Below, piece after piece: positions 9,504 through 17,390 of a stretch of 41,887 nt of DNA (position 1 is the first letter of the stretch; every line of letters starts with the position of its first letter). The notes under the pieces were generated by a model. It did no database searches. It was given only the letters and a program-made list of their open reading frames with translations, and was not told the origin of the DNA. The position numbers and the translations under genes are program-made. Source of the DNA: Rhizobiaceae bacterium (GTDB lineage: Bacteria; Pseudomonadota; Alphaproteobacteria; Rhizobiales; Rhizobiaceae); NCBI GenBank assembly GCA_036520515.1, contig DATDJN010000109.1, positions 1 through 41,887 of the forward strand, in the 5' to 3' direction.

Positions 9504-10021
9504 CAGAGTTTCCTCAAAGACGAGATGTTCTCCTGGGAGGCCCCGCTAGGCGCGTCCTTGGCCCGACCGATGATCCTGGCGGGAACGCCGGCAACGATCG
9601 CATGGTCGGGGACGTCTCTGGTGACGACAGCGCCTGCGCCGACTATGGCCTGTTTGCCGATTGTCACGCCGGCGAGCACGGTGACATTGCTGCCGATAGA
9701 GGCGCCCTTTCGGACGGTGACTGGAACCACGGTCCATTCACCATCCGAAAGGGGTGTGCCGCCGGGGGAGACGGCACGGGGGTAGGGGTCGTTCGTGAAC
9801 ATGACGCCATGGCCGACGAAGACACAGTCCTCGATCGTGACGCCTTCGCAGATGAAGGAGTGGCTCGAGATCTTGCAGTTGCGCCCGACCGAGGCATTCT
9901 TCTGTATTTCCACGAAGGTGCCGATACGAGTACCTGCTCCGACTGAGCAGCCGTAAAGGTTCACGAGATCTGGGTGGCGGATGGACACGCCATCGTCCAT
10001 GGCGACATCGGCAGATATCAT
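9503..10021 (-). CDS. LbH N-acetyltransferase (WbpD/WlbB-like)
   Basis: NLYGCSVG...FVEIQKNASVGRNCKISSHSFICEGVTIEDCVFVGHGVMFTND; GASIGSN; VAGVPAR. Confidence 0.92.
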   Translation of the reverse strand: MISADVAMDDGVSIRHPDLVNLYGCSVGAGTRIGTFVEIQKNASVGRNCKISSHSFICEGVTIEDCVFVGHGVMFTNDPYPRAVSPGGTPLSDGEWTVVPVTVRKGASIGSNVTVLAGVTIGKQAIVGAGAVVTRDVPDHAIVAGVPARIIGRAKDAPSGASQENISSLRKL

Positions 10022-10410
10022 TCTCGCCCCGCTAGTTCCTGCTCCGGCCAGCGCCGAATCCTATGTCGGCTCCAGCGCCACCTTTGGAATGCGTTAGGCG
10101 ACTTGCTGGAGACGCCCACACATAGGTTTCGTTGCCCAAAGATGCTTTTCGCTGACGGGAGTAAACCTTGGAAAACGTAGTAGTATGCCGCCCGAAAGGC
10201 GTATCGCGACTGACCTATACAAGTGTCGGACAGGGACTGATCCCGCCACCTTGCCGGTGCCCCGAACCAAGCTGCAAATTGCTGTCGAATGACGTGGGAG
10301 ACCGTGTTGAGAGGCACGGGACTGCATGATCGGGGAGCGAGCGGAACCCATCACCCGACCCGGTTGCCGGACGGCACTGGTCAAGGGCCGCACGGCTGCC
10401 ATGCACGTGC

Positions 10411-11385
10411 TTACATTCGGTTCCAGCGACCGCTGAGTTGCGACGCATCGGCTCCGAAAGCCAGGGCCAACATGAGGCCGGATCTGTAGGAGCGAATTAT
10501 CACCACTCCGACGAATGCGAGCCAGCGCGCACGCCATCCTTCGAGTCGGTTGGAGAAGCCGATCCGAGCGAGTTCGGCTGCCGGCGAAAGTGCAACGGCT
10601 GCGCTGCGCATCAGCCAGCGGGGCCACCAGCCGGGCTTCGATCGCATGCGTTCGAAATCATGGGCCGTGTGCCGCTGCCATTTTTGCGCCAATTCCCCGA
10701 GGCTCTTCCGCGCCGGGTGACGGACGATCATTTCGGGGCAGTAGTGCGTTCGGTAGCCGAGCGCCGATGCGCGCCTGCCCCAGTCCCTGTCCTCCGCAAT
10801 ATCGATCCCGCCAAAAGGGCCAACAGCGGAAAAGACGCTGCTACGCACGGCCAGATTGCCGGTTCCGGTGTAGCCCTCCTTGGCGATGTACTCCTTCATG
10901 CGGTACGCAAACACACTCTCATAGGCCTCCAGCAGGGTCAGCCGATGCGGATTCTTGTATTCTATCCGTACGTCGCCGCCCAAGATGGGGACATCGAGAG
11001 CTTCCGCAAAACGACTCTCTACGCAGGACAGCCAGGCTGCGTCGGCCAAGCAATCGGCGTCGATGAAGGCAAGAATATCACCGGCGGCATGCGAGGCTCC
11101 CAGATTGCGCGCCGGTCCAGGGCCGGGGGTTGGCTGGAACATGAGCTTCACGCCGGGGAACGCCGCGCAGATGTCAACCGGCAGCACCTTGGATCCGTTG
11201 TCTACGACTATGATCTCTGTCGGCTCTGCAAGCCCAACTTGGTGTGCGAGCGAGGCCAGGCACCGTTTCAACGCCTCGGGCTGATTGAGATGAGGGACAA
11301 TGACGCTGATCATCTGCGGGTAATCTCGGTCCGAAATCGATGCGCTTGGCATGTCCGGTCCCATGATGCCGCAGACCAGGAGCAT
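10411..11385 (-). CDS. Glycosyltransferase family 2 (start probably nearer 11313, MISVIVP)
   Basis: SVIVPHLN, IIVVDNGS, GPGPARNLG, FIDADC, AEDRDW. Confidence 0.9.
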   Translation of the reverse strand: MLLVCGIMGPDMPSASISDRDYPQMISVIVPHLNQPEALKRCLASLAHQVGLAEPTEIIVVDNGSKVLPVDICAAFPGVKLMFQPTPGPGPARNLGASHAAGDILAFIDADCLADAAWLSCVESRFAEALDVPILGGDVRIEYKNPHRLTLLEAYESVFAYRMKEYIAKEGYTGTGNLAVRSSVFSAVGPFGGIDIAEDRDWGRRASALGYRTHYCPEMIVRHPARKSLGELAQKWQRHTAHDFERMRSKPGWWPRWLMRSAAVALSPAAELARIGFSNRLEGWRARWLAFVGVVIIRSYRSGLMLALAFGADASQLSGRWNRM

Positions 11386-11640
11386 GCAACTCCTCGATGG
11401 GCCGGAGCGCTGGCGGCACCCTTCCGAGAGTCGGAAACCAGTGGGGCTGACGTTACGTTCGGCTGCCCGTCAGTCTCCAGTCCGCAAACGGGGTAGGGAG
11501 CTGCACCTTTTGTAGAATACTTGCGCCTTTTGTGCAGGTACCCGCAGCCTCCTGGCGAAGATAAACCGATCGGGAATTCTGTCTTGCGGGCGGCGGTCTT
11601 GGGCGAGGGACTGGGAACTGTGTCACATTCTTGCGCGACG

Positions 11641-12507
11641 ATGAACGATCGGTGCATCGAAGTCTCGCCGATAACGAGCGCCGATGTGACCAGGGTAGCG
11701 CAGTTCCTGCACGACGAGATGAACGGCAGGATTGCGCCGGAGACGTGGGCAGCCGCTCTCCGGTCGTCATGGCAGCCGGTTTCGCCCAACCACGGTTTCA
11801 TGCTTGCTTGCGGCGAAAAAGTGCTCGGCGTCTATCTTGCCTTCTATTCACAGCGGATCGTCGAAGGGCGCATTGAGAAGTTCTGCAACATGGCGGCGTG
11901 GTGCGTTGTCGAGGGGCATCGCTCCCAGAGCCTCCGCCTTTTGCGGGCGATGCTGGATCAGGAAGGCTACACGTTCACCGACCTGTCTCCGAGCGGCAAT
12001 GTCGTACCGCTGAATACCCGTCTGAATTTCCAGCATTTGGATACGTCCACGGCGCTCGTTCCAAACCTGCCGTGGCCGAACTGGGCGACACGGACGCGCG
12101 TGTCAGGCGATCCAGCGGTGCTCCGAGCTTCCCTGGAAGGTCGCGACTTGGAGATATACCGTGATCATGAACGCGCTCCCGCTGCGCACCATGTGGTTGT
12201 GCGCCGTGGCGATCAGTCTTGTTATGTGATGTTCCGCAGGGATCGGCGTCAGAACCTGCCACTCTTCGCCACAATACTGTACGTCGGAAATCCTGAGTTC
12301 TTTCGCCGGGCTTCTCGTCACTTCTACAGCCATCTTCTCACTCGCTTTGGCATCATCGCCACGCTCGCGGAAAAGCGCGTCGTGCTTCATCGTCCGCGCT
12401 TTTCCTTCGAGCTTCGCTCACCGCGGCCCAAGATGTTCCGCAGCAACCGTCTGCAGCCGAGCCAGGTCGACTACCTCTACAGCGAACTCACCTGCGTGCC
12501 GTGGTGA
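11641..12507 (+). CDS. Hypothetical protein, probable GNAT-fold acyltransferase
   Basis: HGFML...VLGVYLAF...FCNMAAWCVVEGHRSQSLRLL resembles GNAT beta4/motif A. First gene of the ligase/decarboxylase/ACP unit. Start taken at ATG 11641 (ORF is open from 11521). Confidence 0.6.
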   Translation: MNDRCIEVSPITSADVTRVAQFLHDEMNGRIAPETWAAALRSSWQPVSPNHGFMLACGEKVLGVYLAFYSQRIVEGRIEKFCNMAAWCVVEGHRSQSLRLLRAMLDQEGYTFTDLSPSGNVVPLNTRLNFQHLDTSTALVPNLPWPNWATRTRVSGDPAVLRASLEGRDLEIYRDHERAPAAHHVVVRRGDQSCYVMFRRDRRQNLPLFATILYVGNPEFFRRASRHFYSHLLTRFGIIATLAEKRVVLHRPRFSFELRSPRPKMFRSNRLQPSQVDYLYSELTCVPW

Positions 12508-12524
12508 AGCCAAAGGAAACGCGC

Positions 12525-14111
12525 ATGAAGCCGGTCGTCAGGACCAACTTGTCTGATCTGCCGCGCCTGGCGGCTCTGCTGCGCGGCGGGGCACCGGCTC
12601 TGACTTGGAAGGATGTGACCTGTAGCTATGACGAACTTTGGCAGCAGATCCGCAGTTTTGCAGCGAGCCTCGCGGCGAACGGTCTGCAGCGCGAGGAGCG
12701 GGTGGCGGTGCTGCTGGAAAAGCGCATCGAAACGGTCGTTGCCATCTTCGGCACTGCCGCGGCAGGCGGCGTCACCGTGCCTATCAATCCGCTGCTGAAG
12801 CCGCAGCAGGTCGGCTACATCCTTGGCGATTGCAGCGTTCGGGTTCTTGTGACCTCTCCTGACCGCCTGGCCCAGATCGAAGCTCATCTGCCACAGTCGA
12901 TCGACCATATCGTACTTGTCGGCGAGCGACCTATCGAGCCCGCCGGCCCTGGCCTTGCCGGCCGCGTTTTACACCGCTGGAAGTCGCTGTTTGCCCATGA
13001 CGGTGCCGAGCAGCCGCGGGTGGTTACGGTCGACTGCGACATGGCAGCGATCCTCTACACATCCGGTAGTACTGGCAAGCCGAAAGGGGTCGTCCTCAGC
13101 CATCGCAACTTGATCGCAGGCGCCGAGAGCGTCAGCCAATACCTGGGCAACGGCCCTGGTGACGTCATCCTTTCGGTACTGCCGCTCAGCTTCGATGCCG
13201 GCCTGAGCCAGCTGACCACGGCATTCACCGTCGGTGCGCATGTCGTGCTGATGAATTACCTTCTACCGGGCGACGTGGTGCGCCTCTGCAAGAAGCACCG
13301 GGTGACCGGCATCACCGGCGTGCCACCTTTCTGGAGCCAGGTCGCAAATCTGGATTGGCCGCCTCAAGCCGCAGCGAGGCTGCGGTACTTTGCCAATACT
13401 GGCGGGCGGATGCCGAGGGCTACGCTAGACAGGCTGCGGGGACTATTTCCGCATTCACAGCCGTACCTGATGTACGGCCTCACGGAAGCTTTTCGCTCGA
13501 CTTACCTCGATCCCGCCGAAATCGACCGGCGCCCGGACTCGATCGGCAGGGCCATTCCCAATGTCGAGATTCTGGTTCTGCGGCCGGACGGATCGCGTTG
13601 CGACCCGGGCGAGCAAGGCGAACTCGTCCATCGCGGCCCGTTGGTGGCGATGGGATATTGGAATGATCCCGCGCGGACTGCAGAGCGCTTCCGGCCGATG
13701 CCGGGTCGCGATGCCGATTGGCGAACTGCGGAAATCGCGGTTTTTTCGGGAGATACCGTCGTCGCCGACGAGGAGGGCTTCCTGTACTTCATCGGGCGTA
13801 GGGACGAAATGATCAAGACGTCGGGTTATCGAGTCAGCCCCACGGAGGTCGAGGAAGTCGCGTACGCTACCGGTCTCGTCCGCGACGCTGTGGTGCTTGG
13901 GGTGGAGGACCCGGCGCTGGGGCAACGCATCGTGCTGGTTGCGAGTCCATCCGATCAACCTCGGCTCGACGCTCCGGCTCTTCTCGCCGCGTTCAGGCGA
14001 CAGCTGCCGCAGTACATGGTCCCGTCATCGGTGATCGAGGTGGCATCTATACCGACGACGCCGAACGGCAAGTTCGATCGCGTCCTGCTGCGGGAGCGAC
14101 TGGCCTCGTGA
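12525..14111 (+). CDS. AMP-forming acyl/aminoacyl ligase (ANL family; exosortase A-associated TIGR03098 type)
   Basis: AILYTSGSTGKPKGV, MYGLTEAFRSTYL, FSGD, FIGRRDEMIKTSGYRVSPTEVE, PTTPNGKFDR. Confidence 0.92.
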   Translation: MKPVVRTNLSDLPRLAALLRGGAPALTWKDVTCSYDELWQQIRSFAASLAANGLQREERVAVLLEKRIETVVAIFGTAAAGGVTVPINPLLKPQQVGYILGDCSVRVLVTSPDRLAQIEAHLPQSIDHIVLVGERPIEPAGPGLAGRVLHRWKSLFAHDGAEQPRVVTVDCDMAAILYTSGSTGKPKGVVLSHRNLIAGAESVSQYLGNGPGDVILSVLPLSFDAGLSQLTTAFTVGAHVVLMNYLLPGDVVRLCKKHRVTGITGVPPFWSQVANLDWPPQAAARLRYFANTGGRMPRATLDRLRGLFPHSQPYLMYGLTEAFRSTYLDPAEIDRRPDSIGRAIPNVEILVLRPDGSRCDPGEQGELVHRGPLVAMGYWNDPARTAERFRPMPGRDADWRTAEIAVFSGDTVVADEEGFLYFIGRRDEMIKTSGYRVSPTEVEEVAYATGLVRDAVVLGVEDPALGQRIVLVASPSDQPRLDAPALLAAFRRQLPQYMVPSSVIEVASIPTTPNGKFDRVLLRERLAS

Positions 14112-15334
14112 CCATGCATCCGACCATTTCGCTGTTCGATGTCGAGGATGGCCAGCTTGCCATTGGCGGCATCCCGGTCGCTCGCCTCGCCGAACGCGTC
14201 GGCGGAACGCCGTTCTTTGCCTACGATCGGGGGCTGCTGACGGCACGCGTGGAGCAACTGCGCGCTGTCCTGCCGACGTCGATCCGCCTGAGCTACGCCG
14301 TAAAGGCAAATCCGATGCCGGCAGTGGTGCAGCATCTAGCCCGGCTGGTCGATGCTTATGACGTCGCTTCGGCGTTTGAAATGAAAACGGCGCTCGATAC
14401 GCAGATGCCAGCTTCCCAAGTCAGCTTCGCGGGGCCTGGGAAAACGACCGGCGAACTCACACAGGCGGTCGCCGCCGGCGTCACTATCGAGATGGAGTCA
14501 CCGAATGAAGCGGCCCGGATTGTCGACATCGGAAATCGCCTGGGCATCCGGCCGCGTGTTGCTCTGCGGGTTAACCCTGATTTCCAGATCAAGGGTTCGG
14601 GCATGCGCATGGGAGGCGGCCCGCAACAGTTTGGCATCGACGTAGAGTCGGTTCCGGCGCTGCTGGAGCAACTTGTGGCGACAGAGCTCGACTGTGTCGG
14701 ATTTCACATCTTTGCCGGGTCACAGAACCTCCGTGCCGACATACTCTCCGAAGCGTTGACGCGGAATGTGGCCGTCTTGCTCCGGCTCGCCGAAGCCTGC
14801 CCTTGGCCGGTCCGCTATCTCAATTTGGGCGGCGGCTTCGGAATTCCATATTTCGAGAAGGATCGGCCGCTCGACCTTTCGCCCGTGGGCAAGACTCTGG
14901 GCGAACTGGTTGACCGCGAGATCCGGCCCAGCGTGCCGGACGCGCGCGTCGTCATCGAACTCGGGCGATTTCTTGTCGGCGAGGCGGGTGTCTATGTGAC
15001 GCGGGTCATCGACCGCAAGCTGTCGCGGGGAAAGGTGTTTCTCGTCGCCGACGGCGGACTTCACCATCACCTGGCTGCCTCTGGCAATTTCGGCCAGGTC
15101 ATTCGCCGCAACTTTCCGCTCGCTGTCGCAAACCGGATGCGCGACACTGATCTGGAAACCGCCAGCGTGGTCGGCTGTCTCTGCACGCCGCTCGATATCC
15201 TCGGCGACGATGTCGCACTTCCGCGCGCAGCGATTGGTGACCTTGTGGCTGTCTTTCAGTCCGGCGCCTACGGACTGACCGCGAGCCCGACTGCGTTTCT
15301 CGGCCATCCCGCTCCAGTGGAGGTCCTCGTCTAA
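14108..15334 (+). CDS. PLP-dependent fold-type III decarboxylase, BtrK/DAP-decarboxylase-like (TIGR03099 type)
   Basis: YAVKANP (PLP Lys), FAGPGK, FHIFAGSQ, NLGGGFG, ELGRFLV, GCLCTPLD, GAYG. Overlaps the ligase stop (GTGA). Confidence 0.93.
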   Translation: MTMHPTISLFDVEDGQLAIGGIPVARLAERVGGTPFFAYDRGLLTARVEQLRAVLPTSIRLSYAVKANPMPAVVQHLARLVDAYDVASAFEMKTALDTQMPASQVSFAGPGKTTGELTQAVAAGVTIEMESPNEAARIVDIGNRLGIRPRVALRVNPDFQIKGSGMRMGGGPQQFGIDVESVPALLEQLVATELDCVGFHIFAGSQNLRADILSEALTRNVAVLLRLAEACPWPVRYLNLGGGFGIPYFEKDRPLDLSPVGKTLGELVDREIRPSVPDARVVIELGRFLVGEAGVYVTRVIDRKLSRGKVFLVADGGLHHHLAASGNFGQVIRRNFPLAVANRMRDTDLETASVVGCLCTPLDILGDDVALPRAAIGDLVAVFQSGAYGLTASPTAFLGHPAPVEVLV

Positions 15335-15381
15335 ACCACGATCCACCCGATTAGCCGGGCCGTTTTCAGAAGGGGAATGTC

Positions 15382-15645
15382 ATGAACCCAGACCTATCGA
15401 CAGTCGACGAGGTAAGGGAACTAATTGTTCAGGCCCTCTGCATTGAAGATGCAGGCAGGATTCCCGACGCATCCACGCCTCTGTTCGGCAGCATGCCCGA
15501 ACTGGACTCCCTCGCTGTGGTCAATCTGGTCATGGCGCTCGAATCCCGCTTCGGGTTCCGGATAGACGACACCGAGTTCACTGCCGACATCTTCGAAACG
15601 GTTGGTTCGCTCGCCGGCTATGTTGACCGCAATCGCTGCCAATAG
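15382..15645 (+). CDS. Acyl carrier protein
   Basis: 87 aa acidic protein with PLFGSMPELDSLAVVNLVMALESRFG (phosphopantetheine Ser in DSL); RBS AGGGGA. Confidence 0.92.
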   Translation: MNPDLSTVDEVRELIVQALCIEDAGRIPDASTPLFGSMPELDSLAVVNLVMALESRFGFRIDDTEFTADIFETVGSLAGYVDRNRCQ

Positions 15646-15672
15646 GCGTCGACCTTCCGACAGGAGGCTGGT

Positions 15673-16641
15673 TTGAACGAGATTCAAGCAGCAAGTCAGC
15701 ATCGGCCGGACATGAGCGCAGCGGCAGCAGCCAACTGCCGGATGGCAGTGGTCATCGTTACCTTCAACAGTGCCTCTGTCCTGACGCCTCTACTCGATTC
15801 TCTGCCAGTTGGGTTGGACGGCGTCGATGGCTACGAAGTCCTCGTTGTCGATAACAATTCCCAGGACGGATCGGCCGAACTCGCCGAGGACCATCCGGTG
15901 CGCCCGAGGGTCATACGGATGGGCCGCAATGCCGGCTATGCGGCGGCCATCAACGCAGCTGCTTCGCTCATTCCTAAGGGTTCCGGTCTGCTGGTTCTCA
16001 ATCCTGATCTTCGGCTCCTTCCCCGTGCTGTCGCACCTCTCATGCGGCAGATCGCAAAGCCATCGGTAGGTATAGTCGTCCCGCGGAATTTCAGAGAGGA
16101 CGGCTCCACTGATCCGACCCTGCGGCGGGAGCCCTCGATCCTTACGGCCTGGGCCGAGGCCGTCCTGGGAGGCACGCTCGCTACCCGTCTCGGCTTGGGC
16201 GAGGTCATCAGCGCGGCAGGTCTCTACGATCGATGCGCATCGGTTGTGTGGGCCAGCGGATCCGCATTGCTGGTTTCGGCCCGAGCACGGAGGGCAGTGG
16301 GTGGCTGGGACGAGACGTTCTTCCTCTACAGCGAGGAGGTGGACTATCAACGAAGGGTGCGCGAGGCCGGCTTCGAGATTGTCTACGAGCCGCTCTCTCA
16401 GGTCGTTCATGCTTGCGGCGAAAGCGGGACCAATCCACGGCTCTATGCGCTGCTCACTGCGAACAGGATACGATACTACGGACGTTACCACGGCGTTTTG
16501 GCGACCGCGCTTTTCCAACTCGGAGTATTCGTTGGGCAAGCCGCCAGGTTCTGGCGTGGGCCGATCCACCGCGTTGCGCTGCGCAACGTGTTTGCTCGGC
16601 GTCGGTCGCCCACCGAATTGTCGACGAAGCCTCCCGGTTGA
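15673..16641 (+). CDS. Glycosyltransferase family 2 (start may be 15712 or 15742)
   Basis: VVIVTFNS, VVDNNSQD, NAGYAAAIN, LNPD, GGWDETFFLYSEEVD. Confidence 0.92.
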   Translation: MNEIQAASQHRPDMSAAAAANCRMAVVIVTFNSASVLTPLLDSLPVGLDGVDGYEVLVVDNNSQDGSAELAEDHPVRPRVIRMGRNAGYAAAINAAASLIPKGSGLLVLNPDLRLLPRAVAPLMRQIAKPSVGIVVPRNFREDGSTDPTLRREPSILTAWAEAVLGGTLATRLGLGEVISAAGLYDRCASVVWASGSALLVSARARRAVGGWDETFFLYSEEVDYQRRVREAGFEIVYEPLSQVVHACGESGTNPRLYALLTANRIRYYGRYHGVLATALFQLGVFVGQAARFWRGPIHRVALRNVFARRRSPTELSTKPPG

Positions 16642-16644
16642 GCA

Positions 16645-17328
16645 ATGATAACGACCCGGAGGCAGTTTCGCATTGTCAACTTTCACGGGATCGGGGCGCC
16701 AGCGCGCCAGCTCGATCCCGGCGAGGCCGAGTACTGGATCAGCGAAGACCGCTTTCGAAACGTGCTCGACCGAATCGCCGGTCACGGTGATCGCGATTGC
16801 CTGTTGATCACCTTCGACGACGGCAACCTCTCCGACCTGTCGATCGCTGCTCCGGAATTGCTACAACGCGGCCTAGTGGCGGAGTTCTTCGTGCTGACTG
16901 GCCGTCTAGGCACACCCGGATCATTGGCTGCTGGCGACGTCCGCCTTCTGACGCACATGGGCATGCGCATCGGAAGCCATGGTATTTCGCATCGTGACTG
17001 GACCAGTCTGCCGGCAGGCGAGCTGGACGACGAGTTGAGAGAATCGAAAGAGGTACTGGAAGCCATTTCTCGCGGTCCTATCCGATCTGCCGCCATTCCC
17101 TTCGGACGTTACAACGCGTCGGTCCTGGCGACGTTGCGTAGGGCCGGCTACGAGTCGGCCTATTCCACCGACGGGGGCAGCATGGGAACGACGGGCTTTC
17201 TAAGGCCGCGAACGTCCATTCGGCACGATACCGACGACGCAGCGCTCGAGCGCATCTTGTCCGGCCGTATGCCTGCCTGGAATCGGCTGCGTCGGGCTGC
17301 CGCCATGACGATCAAGGCCTGGGCCTAG
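16645..17328 (+). CDS. Polysaccharide deacetylase (CE4/NodB homology)
   Basis: VNFHGI, ITFDDG, IGSHGISH, AIPFG. No signal peptide visible. Confidence 0.9.
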   Translation: MITTRRQFRIVNFHGIGAPARQLDPGEAEYWISEDRFRNVLDRIAGHGDRDCLLITFDDGNLSDLSIAAPELLQRGLVAEFFVLTGRLGTPGSLAAGDVRLLTHMGMRIGSHGISHRDWTSLPAGELDDELRESKEVLEAISRGPIRSAAIPFGRYNASVLATLRRAGYESAYSTDGGSMGTTGFLRPRTSIRHDTDDAALERILSGRMPAWNRLRRAAAMTIKAWA

Positions 17329-17390
17329 CGGGTTGCAGCTCGGCCCGGTGGTCCATGGAGCGACGAGCGGCCGGCCGAATGCCATTTTGC

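Noticed and set aside
10018-10410. Short ORFs and a small hairpin (TATGCC..GGCGTA) upstream of the amino-sugar operon
   Set aside because: No coding signature; more likely a promoter region. The hairpin is too weak to call as an RNA element.
14108-15334. Housekeeping lysA (diaminopimelate decarboxylase)
   Set aside because: Context with ligase and ACP, and sequence features (MRMGGGPQQFGID, HHHLAASGNFGQV), fit the BtrK-like subgroup instead.
12525-15645. NRPS/PKS secondary-metabolite cluster
   Set aside because: No condensation, ketosynthase or thioesterase domains; the surrounding genes are all glycan-related.
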